A DNA stretch of 63,715 nucleotides, filler included, from Lenisia limosa (Eukaryota > Protista > Breviatea): assembly GCA_001655205.1 (NCBI GenBank). It is 14 parts of 14 records of this genome, joined end to end, with 100 filler letters (N's around TTAATTAATTAA, not from the genome) between each part and the next. Parts side by side here need not be neighbours in the genome. Positions count along the whole stretch, not along the records: positions 24,330 to 26,767 come from LPNZ01002514.1; positions 26,868 to 30,879 come from LPNZ01005419.1; positions 30,980 to 33,102 come from LPNZ01009855.1; positions 33,203 to 55,763 come from LPNZ01007417.1; 10 more parts are not named here. One strand, written 5' to 3'. The notes beneath the pieces were generated by a model. That model was not told where the DNA came from, did not search any database, and saw only the letters and a program-made list of their open reading frames with translations. A program made the position numbers and the translations under genes. Positions 24,770-36,200 of this stretch are shown piece after piece; position 1 is the first letter of the stretch, and each line of letters starts with the position of its first letter.

Positions 24770-26700
24770 GTGATATTACGCTCACCAACGCCTGCAAGAA
24801 ACGTGAGAGTAGGAGAAGGCAGCAGGTTAAGATCGACCGTGAGAAGCTGGAAGCTCTGACACAGGGCATTTCCCACGAGGTTGGTGGGAATTACTTTTCT
24901 GTTTTTTTCTGAGTGTTTCTTCATTGTGGAGTAGTTGTACAAGGGTTAGATATATGATATCCTTATCAATACTTCTTTATGTGGGTCTTTCCTATATTCT
25001 GCCTGTCTTCAAAATAATCACCTGTTGCTCATCCAAAAATGGCGTGATTTATTATGAACAAGAAGTTTTTCTTGACATTATATTACACCTTTTTTTGGAA
25101 AAGAAAGTGGTATTTTTTTAACCAGCCACATATTCAAAAAAAAAACCATCCTCACCCATATTTCCCCAGGAGTACCAGCGGCGAAATGAGGAGCAGAGGC
25201 GAATGCGTCAATTGAAGCGAAAGCACCGTCGTGGGGAACCTCATGAGCTTATTGGTAGGCGTTGCGGTGATGAGATAGGACAGGTCTATTGGAGTTCATT
25301 TTGAGCGTTGAGTTAAAGAGCACGTGTATTATTCCCATTTATTTTTTGACTCTCCGAATGTTCTTTTGTTCTATATCATTTTCAATATCTCTTATTGACG
25401 TGATTTCGACCAGATTCTCCATTTACTTCATTTTTCACCCCTCCCACAGCTGAGATACCAGCTGAAGAAATCCCAGACTTAGAGCCACCCCCAACCAAAC
25501 CTGACATTGAGCTTGATGAAGGAGGGTAAGTAAAAAAAAAAGACATTGTTTAGATATTTTTTTCGCTGTACTCACGCTCTACGATATAAACTGTCAGAGG
25601 TTTTTTTTGAAGATGACTGACTGTCGTAATCCTGACGAGAAGTTCGGCCTTTCATCGAATTGAAGCACACAAACCACCTTTCCCGACATTAAGGCGTTTT
25701 TGTGTACAGCGTGGTCACTCAAATCCTATTGCAGCAAATTTCTGACAATGCAGATCTGGTGAAATTGAAGACGAAGAAGACAACTCGGACGAATCCTTCC
25801 ACGAGTCTCCGGAACGGCCACGAACCCCCCTGGCCATGGCAGACCTCTCCGGTACGGGGGGGGGGNNNNNNNNNNNNNNNNNNNNNNNNNNNNNNNNNNN
25901 NNNNNNNNNNNNNNNNNNNNNNNNNNNNNNNNNNNNNNNNNNNNNNNNNNNNNNNNNNNNAACGCAGTTTCAGCCTCGTCCTTCAAGAAGCAGGATTTTG
26001 AAAGCGGGGATGATGATATGACCAATACGGTTCTTGAGGCTGTCCTGAGTGCGCGTAAACGCAGGCGCCAACGCTCAAGTCATTCGCGCTCCATGCCCCT
26101 CCGACCGCGTATGTTCTGATTTCTCTTCACCTCCCATTTTTCGTTTTTGTCTTCATCTTGATTGTTCTTTTTTGGCTTTGTTCATTATACTATTTTGCGT
26201 TTTATTGCTTTTGGCTTCGGAGTTTTAGGCTATTTTATTCGTGATTTGAACCTTTCCCTCCTATTTTTACTCCCCCAGGCCAAAGGACACCCACACCTCC
26301 GCCGCCGCCACCATCACCACGAGAGGAGAAGGAGGCCGAGAACACCCCGGATTGGGAGGGCAAGTTCGTCAAGCTGATGCGAGATACTGAGTTCAACTCG
26401 GCTGACTGGATGTACAAGTGGGTGGGGGGGAGTATGAATAAGAAATAATAATAATAATGTAATTGAAAACCATCACATTTACCAAGAACCCACAATCGAT
26501 GTCCATCGTCCTTTACCAATTCACCCTCCCATAGCCTTGTCCCCGTCCCGGCCATCAAGCGTCTCATTGCAGGCCTATGGAAACTCGATAAGTCTCTCAT
26601 GGACTCGCTGCTGCAGATCCCTCGTCCCCCCGCCCTACAGATCTCGCACTCCATGACGCCCTCAATTGTGTCATCAACCAAGTCGTTCTTGTCTCCCACA
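24770..26700 (+). CDS. Charged/Pro-rich protein fragment, at least 7 exons
   Basis: In-frame exons read DITLTNACKKRESRRRQQ..., EYQRRNEEQRR..., EIPDLEPPPTKPD..., EDEEDNSDESF..., RQRTPTPPPPPPSPREEK...DWEGKFVKLMRD and LVPVPAIKRLIAGLWKL.... Confidence 0.65.
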
Positions 26701-26867
26701 ACCAATATGTCAACACCGGGGAGGTTGGGGGGTGTTAAGAAGGGGATTGGAATACTTAAATGATACCNNNNNNNNNNNNNNNNNNNNNNNNNNNNNNNNN
26801 NNNNNNNNNNNTTAATTAATTAANNNNNNNNNNNNNNNNNNNNNNNNNNNNNNNNNNNNNNNNNNNN

Positions 26868-29800
26868 AGTATCTTGAATGGTCTCTGCCCGGGCCTCTTC
26901 TGCGGACAACTCGTTCTGCAGCCTTGTCACTTCAGACGTCAAATTGTCACTTGTCGAGCTAGGTTTGGTAAAGAGAAGATATCAACTCCGCATACTGTGG
27001 AAGATACTATCCAATCATTTGCTAGCACCAAAAATGAAGGAAAGGGTACTGAAATGACAATATATGTACTACATGAAGAAATGAAAAATAAAACAAGGTA
27101 GTATCTAGCCAAAGCAGCCATCACGCTGAAAGGCATAACAGACGCAAGGACCTCCAAGTAGAGCTTCACATTCGGTTCAAAAAGCCGAGTATAATATCGA
27201 TGTTTATCAAGAATTTATCGAGGATTCAGCCTTGTTTGGAACCGAAAGTGAAGCTCTACCTCCAAGCGACAAACCTGAGGTTGGCAGCTTCACTAGTGGA
27301 CCTATTGAGACGCCTCTCAAGCTTCTCAACCTTCTTGCGGTAGAGCTCAACCTGTCTGTCCTTCTTGTCCATGGACTTGACGTGTTTGTCGTTGTTGGCG
27401 ACAGCGTCGTCATATTCGGCCTTGAGGCGAAGGCTCTCAGCCTGGGCCGCGTCCAAGTCGCTTGTCATCTATGAATGTTAATGGAAATAACGAGTCGTTG
27501 TGGAAAGGAAGAAATATTATGCGAGAAGCAGGGAGATTGCTCACTTCCTTCAGAGCCTGTACGGCCTTGGCCAATTCGGACTGTTTCGATGCAAATGAGG
27601 TACGTGACGCGTTAAGGTCATGCTCCAACCGACTGGCTTCCTGGGGGGGTTAAACAGTTTCACTGGTATGTATACATGTATGGATAGAAGTAGCTATTTA
27701 ATATATGTGGTGGTGTACAAAGCAGTCCTTGTAATGGTACTTAGGATATATACCGGACAGAAAAAGACAAATTCTTGTTATTTATCAAGACTGTATCACA
27801 GAAGAGAGACTGTGCTAGCAACCCACCTCCTTGGTGCTTTTGATTTCCTGTTCACAGTCCTCAATAGACTGTTCGGCACGAGACAGCTGACTTTTGAGGT
27901 CGTTCAACGCAGTCATGGACTAGATGGTCAAACAGTTGCAGAGGACAGGAAGGTAAAGAAGTTAGAAAGCTGGTGAAAGTGGTGAAGATGGTGAAGGTAA
28001 AGAAGTCAGACCTGTTTCTGCTGCGACTTGAAGGCCTGCACAACGGCGGTCGCTTGTGCAACTGTAGTTGGGTTCTCAGTCAGACCGGCAACCTGCTGCA
28101 TTACACACTGTTCACGAGATTCTTATTGGTCTTGGTTACGGCTTCCCTGCGGTCCGAAAAAGACCCTTTAAATATCGATATTTATCGAGGATTTATCGAG
28201 ACCGAAGGGAAGCCCTAGTCTTGGTTGACAAGAGGAGTGATATAACAGCGTAGCATTGTGCCCACATTTCCAGCCTTTGCCAGTTGGGAGGCGACAGCGT
28301 CAAGGTCTCGACCCAGAGCGCCGGCCTTGGCTGTGGAGGCCTGGGGGAGGGGGGAAGGAAATTTCGATGAAGAATATTGGCGTAAAGGTACTAATCAAGA
28401 ACCGAATAATGGAAAATGTATCAGACAAAAAAAAAAGCGCAAAAATTAACTTGGCTGATAATACACAAGGGNNNNNNNNNNNNNNNNNNNNNNNNNNNNN
28501 NNNNNNNNNNNNNNNNNNNNNNNNNNNNNNNNNNNNNNNNNNNNNNNNNNNNNNNNNNNNNNNNNNNNNNNNNNNNNNNNNNNNNNNNNNNNNNNNNNNN
28601 NNNNNNNNNNNNNNNNNNNNNNNNGGAAGTAATTGCATCCCATTAATGATGAAAATGCGAAAGTTATTGAAGCTTGGAATGCACAAAGTAAGTATCACAA
28701 GACAAACCTCAGCAAGGTGCTTGGTTTGCTTGAGTTCTGTTCGAAGCACTGCCATTTCCTCCTGCAACCATAAGCAAAGCTCAGAACATAAAAGGCAAGC
28801 GGGCCGAGTCTCACCATAGTGCGGGCGGTTTCGGCCTCGGCCTTAACCACCTGGTCACGTGCCGTTCTCAGACGTTGGCCGGCCTGCTCGGCTTCGGTCT
28901 TTTGTTGCTCCTGGGTGGGGGGTGAGGAATAGCGCAAACCCAAATATCAACGACAATAGGCAGATTAGGACAAAATCAAGCCAGTGAGTGCTGCTGTACC
29001 AAAAACGAAGGAATTTTGATAGATGATATGTAAGAAAGCAAAACAAAAAAAACAAAACAAGAGCATCTGACACCAACCTGGAGGGTCTGCATGCGGTTCT
29101 GTGCAGCCTCCAATGCGCGAAGGTTTTCGCGACCAAACTAAATAATAAGATGGCTTGGAACCTAATGAGGTGCCACCGATTTGCATTGTAATGAGAGGGT
29201 CAAGCTTTGTCTTTCACAAATGCAAGTCCAAACCTTCTTGGCAGTTTGTCTTTCCAGCTTCAGCTCCGCAGCGGTATTGGAGGCGGTTTCTTTGTACTTC
29301 TCCGCCTCTGCTGTTGCCACCTCCAACTACAGCCATGAAAACAGCTCTATTCCTTAAATCTTTCAAGCCAAATAGTCCTAAGATTTCCCTGTGGTGCACA
29401 TAGAAGGCCTAAGCCACGAACCCTGGTTTCGGTGTCGACTAGAGCCTTCTCGGTGGCGAAAGCGACGGCTTCGGCTGTGTCGCCTCGAGATAGCTCGGCC
29501 TCGTGCTGCAGTGTCAAATGGATCCAAAAGAACAATCCTATTAGTAAGGCTTAACTTCGGTTCGGAAAATATCGATAGTTTTCAAGAATTTATCAAGAAA
29601 TGAACCGAAGTGAAGCCCTACCCATTTGGCAACTCACCATTTCCTGGGCTGCGGCCAGCTCCTTGTTGAGGGTCAGCATTTCCGCTTGTTGGCGGCTGCT
29701 CAGATCCTTCAGTCTAAAGAGTGAGTGAGACTAAGGAGGACGGATATTGCTATGGATCCCCCCCCCCCCNNNNNNNNNNNNNNNNNNNNNNNNNNNNNNN

Positions 29801-30879
29801 NNNNNNNNNNNNNNNNNNNNNNNNNNNNNNNNNNNNNNNNNNNNNNNAAGGGTCGCGCGGGTGGATCGCAGTTCAGCCTTAGTCTTCATGAGCGTTGTCT
29901 GCAGCTCCTGTGCCATATCTTCAGCCTCACTTGCTCGCGTGGAGGCGAGGGTGAGTCGCTTCTCGGAACGTTCGTCCTCGGCCGCTGTTTCGGCACTGAG
30001 AGCGGCGTAGGCCTAAACGTCGTCAATGGGATATAAGCAATGCACACATCAACACAATTTACCCCCACCTTTTCCAGCCCAGCCAGCTTAATAGTCATGC
30101 CTGACTGCTCAGCCTTGGCATCAGAAAGTTTGGCTTCGAGTTGTTCCGCTTCTGACTTTGCTTCCGACAGCTTCGAATTGAGTGTCGCCACGTCATCCTG
30201 GTGCTGTGTTGACAAGGTGTTGAACTCACGCTTGTGCTTTTCTTCTGCAACAGATAGGTCGGCAGCTTTACTCTCAAGGGCGGTAGTTTTGCTCTCAAGG
30301 GCGGCTTGGAGGTCACCTTGTTTCGCTTCCGCTTCCGCCAGTTTGGCCTCAAGATCCGCAGAGACCTGTTTGGCCTCATCATGAGCGTCCTTCAGCCTCT
30401 CTGTCACAATCTCCACTTTGTGCTGCTCAGCCATAACAAGCTTGTCCGCCTCAGCCAGTTGGTCGTGAATGGCGTCAACGCTCTCCTGAAGTTTGGCGCA
30501 CTCTGTGGCAAGATGGCCAGCAGTTGTTGCCGCCTTATCACGTGCCTCCTCCACAGTCCGGACGTCGTCTTTCAAACCCGAAATTTCAAAGTTCAGCTTC
30601 GAGACTTCCTCATCAAAAGTGCGATTGGACATACTTGAGGCTAAGTTGGCTTCTAAGGTGTTGCTAAGAGAAGTGAGTTGGTCAAGCGAGGCCCTTAGCT
30701 CTGTCACATCTTTTTCAACTTCCTCCTTTTCTTTTCTGATAATGTCTTTTTCTCTCTCAAGAAGTTCAATTTCCTTCTCTTTCTCTTCGTTCATCTTTTC
30801 AACTTCCTTCACTTTCTCTTCGTTCATCTTTTGAATTTCCTTTTCTTTCTCTTCGTTTATCTTTTCAATTTCCTTCTCT
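26868..30879 (-). CDS. Long heptad-rich coiled-coil protein, internal fragment
   Basis: A large exon (~30879-30075) includes an 11-aa KMNEEKEKEIE tandem repeat. About 8 smaller A/E/K/L-rich exons with GT-AG ends run down to STSDNLTSEVTRLQNEL (~26962-26868). Confidence 0.8.
27159..27258. mobile_element. Family A MITE with perfect 8-bp TSD CCTCCAAG
   Basis: TAGAGCTTCAC / GTGAAGCTCTA; TSD at 27151-27158 and 27259-27266. Confidence 0.9.
28137..28217. mobile_element. Family A MITE with perfect 8-bp TSD GTCTTGGT
   Basis: TSD at 28129-28136 and 28218-28225; intronic. Confidence 0.9.
28340..28420 (-). repeat. Family D poly-C-tailed module
   Basis: TTATTCGGTTC...TTCTTCATCGAAATTTCCTTC...CCCCAG is shared with 51510-51572 (+), 18420-18525 (+), 32900-32930 (-), 6530-6575 (+) and 44070-44105 (-). 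Confidence 0.6.
29545..29620. mobile_element. Family A MITE, internally deleted
   Basis: TIRs intact; 6/8 TSD match CCTATTAG/CCCATTTG. Confidence 0.8.
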
Positions 30880-31317
30880 NNNNNNNNNNNNNNNNNNNNN
30901 NNNNNNNNNNNNNNNNNNNNNNNTTAATTAATTAANNNNNNNNNNNNNNNNNNNNNNNNNNNNNNNNNNNNNNNNNNNNCCGTACAAGGGGGTAAGTACA
31001 TACCATTATTAGGCCACAGGGGGGACCGGGTATTGGGGGGGAGTATAACAGAGATATTATATTATTATTGTGGGTTGAATTTCAAATTTTATGAGGCTTA
31101 GAAATATTGAGATAATCAAAACTTCATTTCAGACACTTTAGTTTCCAATTTTGTCAATTAATGTCTTCAAATAATTAATTGCACGAAGCCCAAAATTTCG
31201 CCAATTAATTTCTGTAATACTTTTACCACTATGATGTTTGTAAGAGATAACAATCATGTCAGACATTCAGAAAACAAAGTTCGAAATACCAAGTCAAACA
31301 ACAAGAAAACCGCCGGA

Positions 31318-32660
31318 CCTCGCAATACTGGGCCAGTAACAAGGCTACGGCAGGGTCGATGTCGAGACGCATTGGTTGCAGGTCGATACCAAGTTCAAGA
31401 CCTGGGGGGGGGGGGGGGGGGGGNNNNNNNNNNNNNNNNNNNNNNNNNNNNNNNNNNNNNNNNNNNNNNNNNNNNNNNNNNNNNNNNNNNNNNNNNNNNN
31501 NNNNNNNNNNNNAACAAAAAAGGTTTGAGAAAACAACAAATTTAGCTACCAAAATGTGGTGCATCTCCTTTTATTAAAGATATTGATGGAATTGTCTCAC
31601 TATGGCTTCACTTCGGGTTCAAAACAAAGACTGAATTTCTCGATAAATCTTCGAAAACTATCGATATTTTACAAGTCTTTTTCGAACCGAAGTGAAGCCC
31701 TACGTATCACCCTACCACAGTATCAATTAGAGAAAAAGGTTAGAATATTTGTGTGCAACAAAAAAAAGAAATAAACCAATAATCAACTCCGTTGGATAGA
31801 GGGGATTGAAAAATTTATGAAAAAAAAAAAAAAAANNNNNNNNNNNNNNNNNNNNNNNNNNNNNNNNNNNNNNNNNNNCCAGGCCAGCCGCTTCTGTTGC
31901 AACGCATGAGAACAATGCCAAAGAATGAAACAAAACCACAAGTCAACATTCAAAATTGTTCATCCATCACCCACCCCCACCTGTGAATATCTCCTTACAC
32001 GTCCTCTGAATCACTGCTGTAACAACCGCACGATTTCGACGGAACAGCGCAGGCGGGTTATCTCCATCATCTGGGGGAGTAAAATTGGAAAATTTATGAA
32101 ACAAAATAGCNNNNNNNNNNNNNNNNNNNNNNNNNNNNNNNNNNNNNNNNNNNNNNNNNNNNNNNNNNNNNNNNNNNNNNNNNNNNNNNNNNNNNNNNNN
32201 NNNNNNNNNNNNNNNNNNNNNNNNNNNNNNNNNNNNNNNNCAACCCCAAAGTGGTGGTGTGACAGCACGATAATTTGCCTCTGGTATCTCCCTCGATTTT
32301 ATTTTATGTAATACACTTTCCTTTCAATAGCTGATAAATTTTAAAACAAGGTATAATCTGGCCGAAGCCGTCTACACCATCACGCTTATAAGAGATATTG
32401 GATGAGAGTATACTGTTAACTCAACCAATCATTTGCTTACAACTCTGTGCACACAGCTTTCTGTGTGCCTCCCAGCTAATTTGGAGTATTACTACTCTTA
32501 CTCCCAAAAAAACGAGGCTAAATCCCAAGCCGAACTAAAACGGCCACCACTTCCCTAGGGCTTCACTTCAGTAGAAAAAAGACGAAATTTCTCCCTCAAA
32601 CCAAATTCAATTGTCGCCCATTCAACGTGGACAGCCTTGAAAAGATGGTGAACATCCTGG
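31318..32660 (-). CDS. Spliced fragment, possibly VPS13/ATG2-like C-terminal region
   Basis: Exons read DVHHLFKAVHVEWATIEF, DGDNPPALFRRNRAVVTAVIQRT and GLELGIDLQPMRLDIDPAVALLLAQYCE. The family resemblance is weak. Confidence 0.4.
31601..31702. mobile_element. Family A MITE
   Basis: Full length; 6/8 TSD match TGTCTCAC/CGTATCAC. Confidence 0.88.
32338..32478 (-). repeat. Family C, full-length copy
   Basis: Minus strand reads GCTGGGAGGCACACAGAAAGCTGTGTGCACAGAGTTGTAAGCAAATGATTGGTTG...CCAATATCTCTTATAAGCGTGATGGTGTAGACGGCTTCGGCCAGATTATACC. Confidence 0.9.
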
Positions 32661-33202
32661 TTGGGGGGGGGGGNNNNNNNNNNNNNNNNNNNNNNNNNNN
32701 NNNNNNNNNNNNNNNNNNNNNNNNNNNNNNNNNNNNNNNNNNNNNNNNNNNNNNNNNNNNNNNNNNNNNNNNNNNNNNNNNNNNNNNNNNNNNNNNNNNN
32801 NNNNNNNNNNNNNNNNNNNNNNNNNNNNNNNNNNNNNNNNNNNNNNNNNNNNNNNNNNNNNNNNNNNNNNNNNNNNNNNNNNNNNNNNNNNNNNNNNNNA
32901 GGAAATTTAGATGAAGAGTATTAGCTTTTAGAAGGGATGTAATGTGCAATGATGGCATTTACAATCCCTCTCAACTTATCATGCCTCAAATGTGCTTGGT
33001 ATATACACTGAACCATATAGTACAGTATATCACATTAAAACTCAAGCGTACCCTTTGAGATGAAAAAAAAAAAAAAAGGAGGCGATGGTGGTGGAAATTA
33101 AANNNNNNNNNNNNNNNNNNNNNNNNNNNNNNNNNNNNNNNNNNNNTTAATTAATTAANNNNNNNNNNNNNNNNNNNNNNNNNNNNNNNNNNNNNNNNNN
33201 NN

Positions 33203-36200
33203 CATAAACAAATGCGGTGAGGATGATGTAGAACAGAATCACGCCGAAGATTTTGACGGCAAGAAGCGTAGCAGGCCAAAGGAACAGAGACGACACCAAT
33301 GTGGTAATGGCTCCTCCAACAACTGAAAATGTCAGCCTTTGATTGATACTATTCGGGTTAGCCTTGAATAATTAAAAACAATCTTGTTGTACTAATGATA
33401 TGCATATGATGTGTTACCCCCCCCCCCCAACCNNNNNNNNNNNNNNNNNNNNNNNNNNNNNNNNNNNNNNNNNNNNNNNNNNNNNNNNNNNNNNNNNNNN
33501 NNNNNNNNNNNNNNNNNNNNNNNNNNNNNNNNGCATCGATAGCTAGTCCAACAAGCTGGAAGGTCATACGAAGCTTGTTTTGGGCTCAAGACATAAATAT
33601 AATCTGGGGAGATATATATAACACTCATAGGAACATCATTGATTTTTTATTTTTATTTGCCATTAGAAAAAAGGTAGTGAAAAAAACTAAAAGCCCCCTT
33701 CCTAACCCTACGGTCAGAAAATAGACAGAATATCCCGATAAATCCTCGATTAATATCAATATTTTGACGGTCTTTTTGGGACCCCTTCCCATCCACCATA
33801 CCACAGTAATTGAGACACTCTCGCTGATCCCAAGATCCCATCCGTAGAGAATAATGATGCCAATGACCACGACGACCACCTAAAAAATGAAATATGGTGA
33901 TTTTGATGAAGAATATGATGGGTGGGGGGTTGACATATTGAAATATTACATTTCATACAAAAGAAACAGTATCAGTTACTGAGTTTTCAAAAACAAAGAA
34001 CCATCAAACATCAACATATATCGAGGATTTATCGATAATATCATTTTTTGGTTGAACAAACCTGAACGATGGAGACAATTGCCAAAGCTGTCAAGACAAG
34101 ATTCTAGATCATGAGATCATTGTCACAGACCAACACTCGAAACCTTTATTCTAATAATAAGTCATCTTGATCACCAAGTTCCTCTCACCTTAGTAGCAAT
34201 GAGAATGATGATAGACGCGAGAATAAGGGAGGAGATTACTCCGATCATTGCGCCGCTGACAAGGATGTTGGACACTTCAACAACCCAGTGCGGGATGGAC
34301 GAAACAAAGCCGTTCTAAACGGGTCAATATAAAACATATATGTGATTTTTTTTAAGGCTTCGATATTTAGCAAGTCACTTTTTTAGTGGAAGCGGAAGCA
34401 ATCTGAGATCATATGAGATTATTGTATTCTAGTTTTCCCCCCTGAATTTTATATAAGTCAAACCTTGAGACTTGTTGGTGCTGCCGTATCACGTTCGACA
34501 GCAAAGGCGGACCAGAGCTCAGTGTGGGATTCCATTTCGGCAAAGCTAGAATGTAAAAGATAAAAAAACAAACAGGTCAATTTAGTAAGAGAGAAAAAGG
34601 CCAAAATGTTATGGCATTCAATATGGTATATATATGTATAATCCTCCGCACTTTGCCTTCGAACTCATCGTGGTGTTGTAGGTGATGAAGGTGTACTTGA
34701 GGGAATATGTGCCGTCGTCAAGCTTTTCCAACTAAATAATTAGAGTGAATCACCGAATGACTTTTAACCAATATAGTTATACAGAAAAACGGACAAACCT
34801 AATACTATTTTGCCAAAAACGAGAAAAGAGTAACTGGGTTTTCATATTTAAAAAACTGCAACGTTCGGTTTTCTACTGTTCCCCATGGCCTACCGGAGCC
34901 ATTTCTTTGAAGAAAGAACCGTGCATGGGGAATCCGAGTGAACCGTCACAGGTAATTGCCTTGTCAGAGTGAAGAACTTCATAGAGCTTCTTGTTGAACT
35001 GGAAGGTAAAAAAAAGTAAGAATAGCAAATGGAGAAATCTGTTACGCTCAAACGATGGTATTGTAATATGCTATGATGAATGTTAAGATGATCAATAATT
35101 AATTATCAAATGCCACCTTTTCTTGAGGAATGGGGAAGGTGGCAATGGAGGTGTCATTGAGAGCATGACAACGCACAACATCCATGAGACAGGCAACTCC
35201 CTTGTCAAGTACAGCCTATTTTGTCACTTTTTGGGAGGTTGCATAAACTATAACTGTCTAGGTGCTAGCATAAATTGGAACTATGTAATATGAGAGCGAA
35301 CATTGAAGTACTATTTTCATTGGAGGAAGTGACAATATTCCTGAGGTTTTGATGAGAGTGAGAACACTGATGCTGTTCAATGGTCTTCTTTTGGATAATG
35401 AAAGGAAGTTTCAATAACAAGAGACGTCTCTTCATACCTTGTTGCCATTGGGTAATGTAATGTCGCGTGCGAGAAGACAAGTGTCGAACATGAATTGTTG
35501 AGCTTCCTCGGATGTAATGTCGAAATTGTCGAAGAATGCTGATTGTGTTAATTCAACAAAAGAAAGGCTTTGAAGAGAGTCAAAATATGTAGAAATCAGA
35601 TAGGTTGTACCTGCAAAGCCGTCCACTTCATCATATATAAAGAGATATATGAAAACATTGTATAATATTTATTCACCAAATAATGAAATTGCATACTGGT
35701 GGTTCCTTTTTTTGCCTCATCGGTCTGGTCGATACCCGAGCGGTCAATACTGTCAATACCGAAAGCGTGGAAATAGTTGAACTGAAACGTCAGAATTATT
35801 TGAGTTAAAGTGAATTCAGTAATAAAACAATTTCAACAATTTATGCTCAATCGTTTCGCCACCAACCCCAATGGGATCCTCGTCCGAAACAGGGAAGTTG
35901 TCAGCGATGTAATATAGGTATCTTTCTTGATAGAAATCTGAAAAGTAAACAAGTAGAATTAATTCCATTGACACAGAAAAAAATGTGATTATCTCAATAT
36001 TCTCATTTTGAAATATGCTGAAACTAAACAATCTTCGAAGCCATTCATACCCTTAGGGAAGAAAGTTGGAAACTCTCTCATGGACTCGAGGCGAATCGCA
36101 AAGAAACCGAAGCAAGCAGTCACAATAGCCATGACAATCACTAATTTAAGTCCATGCTGGAAAGTTATCAGAAATGTCTCAGATGTGAAAAATATATCCA

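Noticed and set aside
27152-27259. This A copy as a stand-alone intron between coding exons
   Set aside because: The spliced product stops after a few codons inside a family C repeat. The better model is one intron from ~27274 to 26963.
30040-30834. Plus-strand Ser/Leu-rich ORFs
   Set aside because: They are shadows of the minus-strand coiled-coil exon.
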